Assembly (NCBI RefSeq): GCF_036971445.1
Contig: NC_091474.1
Span: forward strand, 144,956,001-145,020,000
From: Narcine bancroftii
Lineage: Eukaryota
DNA: 64,000 nucleotides
Direction of reading: 5' to 3'
In this document: piece after piece, positions 39,332 through 52,027 of the stretch
Numbering within the stretch: position 1 is the stretch's first letter
How the letters are laid out: every line of letters begins with the position of its first letter
Notes under the pieces: generated by a model
Database searches by the model: none
What the model was told of the DNA's origin: nothing
What the model saw: only the letters and a program-made list of their open reading frames with translations
Program-made: the position numbers and the translations under genes

Positions 39332-39913
39332 GGGAACCAGCCGCGCTGTACGGACACTTCAACCTGACCTCACACACACTCACACATTGTACAGCGCCTC
39401 ATCACCTCCTCCTGCCGCCACAAATAATGGGCACTTATATATTATCTACCAAAGTTCTGTAAATCAAACTTATTGGACCGCAGTTAATGCAAACTCGACA
39501 GTTTAAAAAGGAGGAAAACAGAGAATGGAAGACTGATTACAGGACGCGGTGTCCAACATGTTATTCTCCATTAGAAAACACGTAAGAGCAGCGCATTTGC
39601 AAAACAGTATCCCATCCGATAGTGAATGTTGTGCGTCTACACTTTTAGAAACTTTTGTACAGTGTCTCTCATCAGAGATTTGGGTGCAAAATTAAAACAT
39701 GTGAGATCGGAGTGGTCGGCAGGCAGCGAACAAAAAAATATAGCAAATCTCTTCACCTCGTCTATTCTGTCACCTCCACCAGGGCAAAATGCTGGGACAG
39801 GGAATCATGAACCAGGAGAGGAGGATTGGTGTCTATCCTCGATCCGAGTTTTGCGGTGAGTTCGAATCAGCAGTTTACTTTCTTGAAGAATGAACAACTC
39901 CGTCTTTTGCTTA

Positions 39914-41095
39914 TCTTTGGCTTGGCTTCGCGGACGAAGATTTATGGAGGGGTAAATGTCCACGTTAGCTGCAGGCTCGTTTGTGGCTGACATGTCCGAT
40001 GCAGGACAGGGAGACTTGCAGCGGTTGCAGGGGAAAATTTGTTGGTTGGGGTTGGGTGTTGGGTTTTTCCTCCTTTGTCTTTTGTCAGTGAGGTGGGCTC
40101 TGCGGTCTCCTTCAAAGGAGGTTGCTGCCCGCCGAACTGTTAGGCGCCAAGATAAACAGTTTGAGGCGAGATCAGCCCACTGGCGGTGGTCAATGTGGCA
40201 GGCACCAAGAGATTTCTTTAGGCAGTCCTTGTACCTCTTCTTTGGTGCACCTCTGACACGATGGCCAGTGGAGAGCTCGCCATATAACACGATCTTGGGG
40301 AGGCGATGGTCCTCCATTCTGGAGATGTGACCTACCCAGCGCAGTTGGATCTTCAACAGCATGGATTCGATGCTGTCGGCCTCTGCCATCTCGAGTACTT
40401 CGATGTTAGGGATGAAGCCACTCCAATGAATGTTGAGGATGGAGTGGAGACAACGCTGGTGGAAGCGTTCTAGGAGCCGTAGGTGATGCCGGTAGAGGAC
40501 CCATGATTCGGAGCTGAACTGGAGTGTGGGTATGACAATGGCTCTGTATACCCTTATCTTTGTGAGATTTTTCAGTTGGTTGTTTTTCCAGACTCTTTTG
40601 TGTAGTCTTCCAAAGGCGCTATTTGCCTTGGCGAGTCTGTTGTCTATCTCGTTGTCGATCCTTGCATCTGATGAAATGGTGCAGCCGAGATAGGTAAACT
40701 GGTTGACCGTTTTGAGTTTTGTGTGCCCGATGAAGATGTGGGGGGGGCTGGTAGTCATGGTGGGGAGCTGGCTGATGGAGGACCTCAGTCTTCTTCAGGC
40801 TGACTTCCAGGCCAAACATTTTGGCAGTTTCCGCAAAACAGGACGTCAAGCGCTGAAGAGCTGGCTCTAAATGGGCAACTAAAGCGGCATCGTCTGCAAA
40901 GAGTAGTTCATGGACAAGTTGCTCTTGTGTCTTGGTGTGAGCTTGCAGGCGCCTCAGATTGAAGAGACTGCCATCCGTGCAGTACTAGATGTAAACAGTG
41001 TCTTCATTGTTGAGGTCTTTCATGGCTTGGTTCAGCATCATGCTGAAGAAGATTGAAAAGAGTGTTGGTGCGAAAATGCAGCCTTGCTTCACACA
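39914..41095 (-). mobile_element. RTE (BovB-like) LINE, 5'-truncated
   Basis: ORF 39805-40758: FTYLGCTIS...RLAKANSAFGRL...LRWVGH; LFADD region at ~40890. Confidence 0.93.
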
Positions 41096-42304
41096 ATTCC
41101 ATTTATTGTAACACAGGCCTGTGGGAGATCCAGGAGCTCTCCAATTATACAATTACATGATTTGATTTTCCCGCTGCAATATAACTTGACAAAAGCAAAA
41201 ATACATCTTCTGCCATGTGATAACTTTTACCCTATCAGCATTAAGCTACACACTGGTCCTTTGCAAATTGCATCATAATATGAAACAATCAAGTATCCAG
41301 GTTTCCCTTTCCTCAGGCATTGTTGTTTCAACTGAATGAAGAAACTCCATGCTGGTTGTGGGTAGGGGTTGCCCAGCAACAAGCCATTATCCCTTCACTC
41401 AAATTACATTGCATTAATCTGGTTTTTTTTTCCACATAGGGAGTCATCAAGAGAGAGGTTCTGCAGAAAGAGGGGTAGGGGGAGATGTGACTGGTGGTAG
41501 AATCCGTGTTGAGCTGGCAAAAACTGGGAAGATGAGGTGTTGGATACCAAATGGGGAGGAGGGTCAAATTGGCAATAGAGGAACTGCATATTCAGAGGGA
41601 ATAATAAGGGGACCTTTTTCATGTAGAGTTCTTCTAAACTCCGACAGATACATAACTCATTTCTTTAGCCTCATGTGATAGAGCAAGCCTCCCTTTCCAG
41701 GAATTAACCTCTTGAATTTATTTTGGACTTCTTCCCTTATGAGAATCCTCCTACTTAAATAATGTTACCAAAAACAATGCACAGTATTCCAGGAAAGGGG
41801 GGGGGGGGGTCCACGGTTCAATGGTAGCAATACTTATCTATTTCTAAACTTAATCTGTTTCAATGAATATCAATGAACAACTTACTTTCTTAAACACTTG
41901 CCATATCTGCTCATTTAATAAAACACATGAACATGATTCTCATTGAATAACTTCATCCTGTTTTGTCCCCTCTCATTCAGGAAAGCATTGTTATCTACAT
42001 AAATCTAAGTTATCTATTTAGGCAATTCACAATCATGTTAGTTGATCTTCCAACATCCTTATGATACAGATATCTACACACTTTGACCTCTTGCATCTCA
42101 TGATCCCTTCAGATCACCATTCCAAATTATATTCCACATTCAAATACATTTCTCTCAAAACCATCATCTGCCACCCTATCACATGTGCCACCATTGCATT
42201 ACCAATCTGATGACCATTTGTTCTCTTTCCTGCAGTCCTGAACCAACTTCCTGTTTACCTCACTTCAGATCAGCATGCACTTTGAGATCAACATCCTCCC
42301 TACA

Positions 42305-42478
42305 ATCACCATTCTCACTCTTCTGAAACATCACACTCTTCCCATTCACCATCCTCACTCTTCTGAAACATCACACTCTCCCCATTCACCATCCTCACAT
42401 TTCAGAAACATCACGCTCTCCCCATTCACCATCCTCACACTTCTGAAACATCACACTCTCCCCATTCACCATCCTCTA
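42305..42478. repeat. ~40-bp minisatellite, about 4 copies
   Basis: Unit catcctcactcttctgaaacatcacactctcccattcac; only one unit occurs at the paralogous sites ~18640 and ~57325. Confidence 0.85.
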
Positions 42479-43698
42479 TTCCCTGAACAATACAATTCCA
42501 TTCAACTAATCATAACTCCAGTTGCTATTGTCCCTTAGAGGGGAAAAAAAAACTCTAACTGCCAATCACAGGCTTCCCATTCCGTTGTGCAAAACACCTA
42601 ACCCCAGGATACTCTTCTTTATCTTGCTCAATATTGCCCTTCTCAACTAGATGACAATCACACTCTCTCCCTTCCAGCCACAAAGAAATTTGTCAGGAAA
42701 TGTCTCCCACTTCCTGGTTTTGCAACATCTCCAATTGCAAGTTAATTGAACCATCTCAAGGTAGTGATGGATCCTGCAGAGGAAATAATCCAGAATACTG
42801 GCATTATTCAAAATCTCTCAAATATCACAAAAACATTTCAGAAATCCCATTTGCTTCTGTTCCTATGGCGAGTAACTTACTCTCTTATATGAAAAATGTA
42901 CCAGGCTTATTTGGTCGGTGAATTTTGTTTGAGTTCAGGTTAGCTTGTGATTGATCAGTTGTATTGTTCATAACTTTATTCATATATTTTATGTTTCCAA
43001 TCCTCTCAATCTTTAAATGTGGATGCTTTAAAGATATTATTAATAATACATTATCCTGAATATAATTTACCTGCAAATTAATTGTAGCACCCTGCTTTAA
43101 ATTACTGAGCATCATCTTTTCTTTCAATGAACCACTGTTGAGCAGATCCTTCCATATCTGTGCTCACAGTTATCTGTATGGTTAGTGCTCTCTCCGTTTA
43201 GAACTTGTACAGCAGTGAATTTATCCATCTTTTCCAGTGCATTAAAACAACTGAGCAGCAGAGAGCAGTAACATCAGAGAAATGCAAAACCTGCTAATGC
43301 TGGAATCTTGAGCTTAAAATGGAGGAACTCAGAAAGGGAGAAAACAGGAAAAGAATTAGATAAATTATGGTGGAATCTGATGGGGGTCGCAGTTTCCGAA
43401 AAATCAGTTAATGCCAGTAGTTTTAAGGCTGCCCTGGAGGAATCTCATGAGTGGTGTAAAAGAATGTCAAACAAGAATGTCACACTTTAAGGAAAGAAGC
43501 TCCTGCTCCTGCTAGAGAAGATTTACTAGCCTTGCAGATAAAGAGCCACTATTAGGTAATATATGAGCAAGGTTGCATAAATCCAGGGTCTCATGTTAGG
43601 TCTGAAAACCACAAGGACATGGCAATTAGACAAATATAGTATAACCAGAATTGAGCAAGATTAACCAATCTAAAATTGTTGAGATTGTATGTCTAAAC

Positions 43699-44066
43699 CA
43701 GTGGTTCTCAACCTTTTCTTTTCCATTCACACACTTTAAGTATTAAGTATGCCATCAGTACTCTGTGATTGGTAAGGGATCGCTTAAATTCTATGTGAGT
43801 TGGAAGAAAAAGTTTGAAAACCACTGTTTTAATCATACCTGATTGATTCATTATGTGCAGTTTCATAATTCCTAAGGAAATGGGTCAATAACAATTTTTC
43901 TCAAGCAGACATTTTGGTAAAAATTGGGTCTACAATAATGATTCTCAATCTTCCCTTCCCACTCACACATCACCTTAAACAGTCCCTTACTAATCACAGA
44001 CCACCAATGGCATAGGGATTACATAAAGTGGTATATGAGTGGAAAGAAAATAGTTAAGAACCAATG
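43699..44066. mobile_element. hAT (Charlie-like) MITE
   Basis: Ends cagtggttctcaac / gttaagaaccaatg; imperfect 8-bp TSD gtctaaac / gtgtaaag; empty site gtctaaag in the paralog at ~60540. Confidence 0.82.
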
Positions 44067-44228
44067 GTGTAAAGACAACACAAGGATTGATGGTTATAAA
44101 AAAAAACAGGATCAAACCAGCTGCAAGAAATAAGTAAAACTGCACGTGGCAGTTTGCATAATACAATAAGGTTGTTTGTACTCTCATTTGTTCTGCTGTT
44201 TGTTTTCCAATTTCAAAGCGGGTCAACT

Positions 44229-44960
44229 TTAACAGTTGTTCCTCCAGATTACGTTTGTATGAGGCCGAGTCCATTTTTTTCTGTGTGAGAATGGTTTGGA
44301 TATTGAAATGGTTGGCTCCAGAAAACTCCAGTTGAGACCCAATAAGTATTCGGCGAAGTGTTCACCTAATCTGCGTTTTGTCTCCCTAATGTAGGGAGAC
44401 CACACAGTGTACACCAGATACAGAGCATTAGATTGAACAATGCGCAGGTAAAGCTCTTCCTCACTTGAACGGTCTCTATGTTACCTTGGATGGAGGCTAA
44501 GAGAGAGAGGTAGGGACAAGCTTTGGCCTTCTTGGGATTAGAGCAGAAAGTTGTTGACAGGGTGGAATGGTGAGTGGGGAAGGAAGAGTCGACAAGAGAT
44601 TCTTGGAATCATGTGAAAAGCGGATACGGTTGGAGAGGAGGAAATGCAGCTGTTTGTGGGATTGCACTCGAGTTAGCGGAAGTGTCAGAGGACAATGTGT
44701 CGCAGGCGACGGCTGGTGGGGTGGCTGGAAAGTGAGGACCAGAGGATCTCTGTCCTTGTTCTGCCTTGGGGGAAGTGGGGGGAAGTCAGAAGTGCGAGCA
44801 GTAAAGGGAATTCAGTTTCGGGTTTTGAATCGACGCCAGGTGATTAAGGAAAGAGGATATTTCGGATGTCCTGGAGTGACGGCCTCATCCAGTGACGGAG
44901 GCAGAGGAATTGGGAGGAAGAGAAGGGAAGAGGTAAGATTCAGGTTGCTTGCGAGTCTGT
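44229..44960 (-). mobile_element. Penelope-like GIY-YIG remnant (duplicated at ~60807-61545)
   Basis: YIRETKRRLGEHFAE and RNLEEQLL motifs; homologous to 19930-20720. Confidence 0.75.
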
Positions 44961-45629
44961 GGAAACGAAGGAGAGGTGAAACCTGACGGCCAGAGGCAGT
45001 AGGTGGGCAAATGCCAGATAAAGGGAGGGTTAGTGTGAAATCACCAACAGTTTCTTCCCTGCAGCCATTCAGCGGTGGAATGACCCCAGAACAGTGATCT
45101 CAGGCTGGCCGTGCTTGGTGCTAATTGGTCTTCCTGTTTATCACTGTCCTCCATTGTTAATTATACTCGAAACGTGGTTGTATGTCAAGTTAGAGATAAC
45201 CTGTTAGTCTGTGACAAATGGACATGGACTTCTAAATCAGCCCCTGTGAGAAGAGTTGGCGCTCCCTCTGTCTGAAGCCGAGTGCAGCAGTGAAACAACT
45301 GAACGGCTGAGAATAGTAAAAATGCCTTTTATAAACAGTTCCGCTTACAAAACTATAACTGCATCGCTTTGTGTAATTGTTGAAAATCACACATTCGTAT
45401 TGCAACCTATTCCAAGTGTGAAATGTGGAAAGTACGAATCTTCTTCCCTACTTGGCAAATCTTAGTATTAACTTGCAAGAGGACCAGTAAGTTTCGTTGA
45501 TTGTAACGGTACCTGTCAAAATGATAGCGAAATATCTCTAGAGACGCTGATGTTGATGGGAGTGAAGAAAATGTACTTGTGGGCCGATGGAAGTAAATGT
45601 GAAGATGGAAGTGGAGTGAGATTGTGTGT

Positions 45630-45930
45630 AAAAAGAGACCTGGTCTCACTGTATTGATCAGGCTGCGCTGCGAGGTCTATTCACGGGCGCGATCCGACTA
45701 CTGATGGGCACGGGGGCTTTGACCTGCTCCGTTTCCGACCTGGGCCGATTCACCCCTCTTCACACAACCTGGTGACGCCCGATTCCTCCGGAGACACCAT
45801 ATCGATGCCCAACTTAGTGAGGACACCCGCTCAACACAGGCCGCAGCAGCCCAGAACTCCTGATCTCAAGCGATCCGACAGCCTCAGCCTCCGAGTAGCC
45901 GGATTACAGGCGCGCGCCACCGCGCCCGGC
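45630..45930 (-). ncRNA. RN7SL: 7SL / SRP RNA gene, copy 4 (array 1)
   Basis: Same full-length sequence and terminator. Confidence 0.97.
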
Positions 45931-45965
45931 AGGAACCAGCCTCGCTGTACGGGCACTTCAACCTG

Positions 45966-45969
<4 letters not shown>

Positions 45970-46013
<44 letters not shown>
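45970..46013. repeat. (CA)22 microsatellite adjoining the 7SL promoter; length varies between copies
   Basis: Counted lengths: copy 2 = 12, copy 4 = 22, copy 5 = 15, copy 6 = 21, copy 7 = 16, copy 9 = 12. Interrupted in copies 1, 3 and 8. Confidence 0.95.
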
Positions 46014-46016
<3 letters not shown>

Positions 46017-46214
46017 TACAGCGTCTCATCACCTCCCTCTGCTGCCACAAATAATGCTCACTTGCTGGTTATCTTCCTGAGTTCTGTAAAGGCCGGTTAA
46101 TGCGAATTCGACAGTTAAAAGGAGGAAACCTGAAAACAAGGAAGGAAAGACTGATTACAGGACATCAGCAGTATCCAAAATGTGTTTATCCATTAGAAAA
46201 CTTATAACAGCAGA

Positions 46215-46475
46215 ATTCATCTCCCTTATCCAGCCTGTGATATCGATCTTATCCAGCCTGCTTGTCACTTTCTCAAAGAATTCCAATAGGATTGTCAGCC
46301 AAGGGTTTTTTTCCTTCAGGAAACCATCTGACTTTGGCCTATCCCGTCATGTCTATCCAAGTACTCCAACATCTTCTTAACCACTGACGTCAGGTTTCCC
46401 GGCCGATAATTTCCCTTTAGCGGCCTCCCTCCCTTCTGAATAGAAGAGTGACATTTTCCAGTCCTCCCGGACCAT
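46215..46475 (-). mobile_element. CR1 RT fragment embedded in each 1.6-kb spacer
   Basis: Similar to the CR1 segments at 11760-11850 and 12715-12815 (LEFFEKVT and LTSVV regions). Confidence 0.65.
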
Positions 46476-47235
46476 GAATCAATCTATGTATGTGACCATT
46501 TCAATATATCATGACATGGCAATAAAATGAATCATTGAACCTATATGAGTCTGTAAAAACTAAGGTAGAGGTGAAACATGACTGACAGTGGCAGTAGTTT
46601 GGCAGACACCCGACAAGGGGCTAGTGAGTGTGAAACAACCAACAGGCTAAAAAATCGTTTCTTCCCTGCAGCCATTCGGCGGTGGAATGAACCCCAGAAC
46701 AGTGATCTCAGGCTGCCCGTGCTTGGTGCTAATTGGTCTTCCTGTTCATCATTCCGCTGTATTGTAAATTGCACTCGACACTTGGCTGTATGTGACACTA
46801 GAGATAACGTGTCAGTCTGTTCACAGAAGAACCTTTCCCACAGTCCTAGTTATTTTGTGACAAATCAACTTGTAACTCTGGCCCTGTGAGAAGAGTTGTC
46901 GCTCCCTCTGTCTGGAGCCGGATGTAGCAGTGTTTTCTATCCGTGTTGTCCAGTACAGTAAACGCCCGTTTTAAACAGATCCACTTGCAAAACTATAAAT
47001 ATGCAAAGTTTGTATAAATGTCAATCCAACAGAACTATCACGAGCTATTGTTCCCTACAATGCAAATCTTAATATTAACTTGTAAAGAACCAGTAAGTTT
47101 CGTTGATTGTAACGGTACCTGTCAAAATGATAGCGAAATATCTCTAGAGACGCTGATGTTGATGGGAGTGAAGAAAATGTACTTGTGGGCCGATGGAAGT
47201 AAATGTGAAGATGGAAGTGGAGTGAGATTGTGTGT

Positions 47236-47536
47236 AAAAAGAGACCTGGTCTCACTGTATTGATCAGGCTGCGCTGCGAGGTCTATTCACGGGCGCGATC
47301 CGACTACTGATGGGCACGGGGGCTTTGACCTGCTCCGTTTCCGACCTGGGCCGATTCACCCCTCTTCACACAACCTGGTGACGCCCGATTCCTCCGGAGA
47401 CACCATATCGATGCCCAACTTAGTGAGGACACCCGCTCAACACAGGCCGCAGCAGCCCAGAACTCCTGATCTCAAGCGATCCGACAGCCTCAGCCTCCGA
47501 GTAGCCGGATTACAGGCGCGCGCCACCGCGCCCGGC
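47236..47536 (-). ncRNA. RN7SL: 7SL / SRP RNA gene, copy 5 (array 1)
   Basis: Same full-length sequence and terminator. Confidence 0.97.
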
Positions 47537-47571
47537 AGGAACCAGCCTCGCTGTACGGGCACTTCAACCTG

Positions 47572-47608
<37 letters not shown>

Positions 47609-48828
47609 TACAGCGTCTCATCACCTCCCTCTGTTGCCACAAATAATGCTCACTTGCTGGTTATCTTCCTGAGTTCTGTAAAGGCCGGTTAATGCGAATT
47701 CGACAGTTAAAAGGAGGAAACCTGAAAACAAGGAAGGAAAGACTGATTACAGGACATCATCAGTATCCAAAATGTGTTTCACCATTAGAAAACTTATAAC
47801 AGCAGAGTTCATCTCCCTTATCCAGCCTGTGATATCGATCTTATCCAGCCTGCTTGTCACTTTCTCAAAGAATTCCAATAGGATTGTCAGCCAAGGGTTT
47901 TTTTCCTTCAGGAAACCATCTGACTTTGGCCTATCCCGTCATGTCTATCCAAGTACTCCAACATCTTCTTAACCACTGACGTCAGGTTTCCCGGCCGATA
48001 ATTTCCCTTTAGCGGCCTCCCTCCCTTCTGAATAGAAGAGTGACATTTTCCAGTCCTCCCAGACCATGAATCAATCTATGTATGTGACCATTTCAATATA
48101 TCATGACATGGCAATAAAATGAATCATTGAACCTATATGAGTCTGTAAAAACTAAGGTAGAGGTGAAACATGACTGACAGTGGCAGTAGTTTGGCAGACA
48201 CCCGACAAGGGGCTAGTGAGTGTGAAACAACCAACAGGCTAAAAAATCGTTTCTTCCCTGCAGCCATTCGGCGGTGGAATGAACCCCAGAACAGTGATCT
48301 CAGGCTGCCCGTGCTTGGTGCTAATTGGTCTTCCTGTTCATCATTCCGCTGTATTGTAAATTGCACTCGACACGTGGCTGTATGTGACACTAGAGATAAC
48401 GTGTCAGTCTGTTCACAGAAGAACCTTTCCCACAGTCCTAGTTATTTTGTGACAAATCAACTTGTAACTCTGGCCCTGTGAGAAGAGTTGCCGCTCCCTC
48501 TGTCTGGAGCCGGATGTAGCGGTGTTTTCTATCCGTGTTGTCCAATACAGTAAAACGCCCGTTTTAAACAGATCCACTTGCAAAATTATAAATATGCAAA
48601 GTTTGTATAAATGTCAATCCAACAGAACTTTCACGAGCTATTGTTCCCTACAATGCAAATCTTAATATTAACTTGTAAAGAACCAGTAAGTTTCGTTGAT
48701 TGTAACGGTACCTGTCAAAATGATAGCGAAATATCTCGAGAGACGCTGATGTTGATGGGAGTGAAGAAAATGTACTTGTGGGCCGATGGAAGTAAATGTG
48801 AAGATGGAAGTGGAGTGAGATTGTGTGT

Positions 48829-49129
48829 AAAAAGAGACCTGGTCTCACTGTATTGATCAGGCTGCGCTGCGAGGTCTATTCACGGGCGCGATCCGACTAC
48901 TGATGGGCACGGGGGCTTTGACCTGCTCCGTTTCCGACCTGGGCCGATTCACCCCTCTTCACACAACCTGGTGACGCCCGATTCCTCCGGAGACACCATA
49001 TCGATGCCCAACTTAGTGAGGACACCCGCTCAACACAGGCCGCAGCAGCCCAGAACTCCTGATCTCAAGCGATCCGACAGCCTCAGCCTCCGAGTAGCCG
49101 GATTACAGGCGCGCGCCACCGCGCCCGGC
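48829..49129 (-). ncRNA. RN7SL: 7SL / SRP RNA gene, copy 6 (array 1)
   Basis: Same full-length sequence and terminator. Confidence 0.97.
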
Positions 49130-49164
49130 AGGAACCAGCCTCGCTGTACGGGCACTTCAACCTG

Positions 49165-49213
<49 letters not shown>

Positions 49214-50432
49214 TACAGCGTCTCATCACCTCCCTCTGCTGCCACAAATAATGCTCACTTGCTGGTTATCTTCCTGAGTTCTGTAAAGGCCGGTTAATGC
49301 GAATTCGACAGTTAAAAGGAGGAAACCTGAAAACAAGGAAGGAAAGACTGATTACAGGACATCAGCAGTATCCAAAATGTGTTTATCCATTAGAAAACTT
49401 ATAACAGCAGAATTCATCTCCCTTATCCAGCCTGTGATATCGATCTTATCCAGCCTGCTTGTCACTTTCTCAAAGAATTCCAATAGGATTGTCAGCCAAG
49501 GGTTTTTTTCCTTCAGGAAACCATCTGACTTTGGCCTATCCCGTCATGTCTATCCAAGTACTCCAACATCTTCTTAACCACTGACGTCAGGTTTCCCGGC
49601 CGATAATTTCCCTTTAGCGGCCTCCCTCCCTTCTGAATAGAAGAGTGACATTTTCCAGTCCTCCCGGACCATGAATCAATCTATGTATGTGACCATTTCA
49701 ATATATCATGACATGGCAATAAAATGAATCATTGAACCTATATGAGTCTGTAAAAACTAAGGTAGAGGTGAAACATGACTGACAGTGGCAGTAGTTTGGC
49801 AGACACCCGACAAGGGGCTAGTGAGTGTGAAACAACCAACAGGCTAAAAAATCGTTTCTTCCCTGCAGCCATTCGGCGGTGGAATGAACCCCAGAACAGT
49901 GATCTCAGGCTGCCCGTGCTTGGTGCTAATTGGTCTTCCTGTTCATCATTCCGCTGTATTGTAAATTGCACTCGACACGTGGCTGTATGTGACACTAGAG
50001 ATAACGTGTCAGTCTGTTCACAGAAGAACCTTTCCCACAGTCCTAGTTATTTTGTGACAAATCAACTTGTAACTCTGGCCCTGTGAGAAGAGTTGTCGCT
50101 CCCTCTGTCTGGAGCCGGATGTAGCAGTGTTTTCTATCCGTGTTGTCCAGTACAGTAAACGCCCGTTTTAAACAGATCCACTTGCAAAACTATAAATATG
50201 CAAAGTTTGTATAAATGTCAATCCAACAGAACTATCACGAGCTATTGTTCCCTACAATGCAAATCTTAATATTAACTTGTAAAGAACCAGTAAGTTTCGT
50301 TGATTGTAACGGTACCTGTCAAAATGATAGCGAAATATCTCTAGAGACGCTGATGTTGATGGGAGTGAAGAAAATGTACTTGTGGGCCGATGGAAGTAAA
50401 TGTGAAGATGGAAGTGGAGTGAGATTGTGTGT

Positions 50433-50733
50433 AAAAAGAGACCTGGTCTCACTGTATTGATCAGGCTGCGCTGCGAGGTCTATTCACGGGCGCGATCCGA
50501 CTACTGATGGGCACGGGGGCTTTGACCTGCTCCGTTTCCGACCTGGGCCGATTCACCCCTCTTCACACAACCTGGTGACGCCCGATTCCTCCGGAGACAC
50601 CATATCGATGCCCAACTTAGTGAGGACACCCGCTCAACACAGGCCGCAGCAGCCCAGAACTCCTGATCTCAAGCGATCCGACAGCCTCAGCCTCCGAGTA
50701 GCCGGATTACAGGCGCGCGCCACCGCGCCCGGC
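50433..50733 (-). ncRNA. RN7SL: 7SL / SRP RNA gene, copy 7 (array 1)
   Basis: Same full-length sequence and terminator. Confidence 0.97.
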
Positions 50734-50768
50734 AGGAACCAGCCTCGCTGTACGGGCACTTCAACCTG

Positions 50769-50807
<39 letters not shown>

Positions 50808-52027
50808 TACAGCGTCTCATCACCTCCCTCTGTTGCCACAAATAATGCTCACTTGCTGGTTATCTTCCTGAGTTCTGTAAAGGCCGGTTAATGCGAATTC
50901 GACAGTTAAAAGGAGGAAACCTGAAAACAAGGAAGGAAAGACTGATTACAGGACATCATCAGTATCCAAAATGTGTTTCACCATTAGAAAACTTATAACA
51001 GCAGAGTTCATCTCCCTTATCCAGCCTGTGATATCGATCTTATCCAGCCTGCTTGTCACTTTCTCAAAGAATTCCAATAGGATTGTCAGCCAAGGGTTTT
51101 TTTCCTTCAGGAAACCATCTGACTTTGGCCTATCCCGTCATGTCTATCCAAGTACTCCAACATCTTCTTAACCACTGACGTCAGGTTTCCCGGCCGATAA
51201 TTTCCCTTTAGCGGCCTCCCTCCCTTCTGAATAGAAGAGTGACATTTTCCAGTCCTCCCAGACCATGAATCAATCTATGTATGTGACCATTTCAATATAT
51301 CATGACATGGCAATAAAATGAATCATTGAACCTATATGAGTCTGTAAAAACTAAGGTAGAGGTGAAACATGACTGACAGTGGCAGTAGTTTGGCAGACAC
51401 CCGACAAGGGGCTAGTGAGTGTGAAACAACCAACAGGCTAAAAAATCGTTTCTTCCCTGCAGCCATTCGGCGGTGGAATGAACCCCAGAACAGTGATCTC
51501 AGGCTGCCCGTGCTTGGTGCTAATTGGTCTTCCTGTTCATCATTCCGCTGTATTGTAAATTGCACTCGACACGTGGCTGTATGTGACACTAGAGATAACG
51601 TGTCAGTCTGTTCACAGAAGAACCTTTCCCACAGTCCTAGTTATTTTGTGACAAATCAACTTGTAACTCTGGCCCTGTGAGAAGAGTTGCCGCTCCCTCT
51701 GTCTGGAGCCGGATGTAGCGGTGTTTTCTATCCGTGTTGTCCAATACAGTAAAACGCCCGTTTTAAACAGATCCACTTGCAAAACTATAAATATGCAAAG
51801 TTTGTATAAATGTCAATCCAACAGAACTTTCACGAGCTATTGTTCCCTACAATGCAAATCTTAATATTAACTTGTAAAGAACCAGTAAGTTTCGTTGATT
51901 GTAACGGTACCTGTCAAAATGATAGCGAAATATCTCGAGAGACGCTGATGTTGATGGGAGTGAAGAAAATGTACTTGTGGGCCGATGGAAGTAAATGTGA
52001 AGATGGAAGTGGAGTGAGATTGTGTGT

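Noticed and set aside
39805-40758. Longest ORF (317 aa) as a host gene
   Set aside because: It is the C-terminal part of an RTE LINE ORF, 5'-truncated and frameshifted.
46180-47263. Recurring short spacer ORFs (66-103 aa) as a multigene peptide family
   Set aside because: They overlap TE remnants on both strands, show no recognisable domain or splice structure, and repeat only because the unit repeats.
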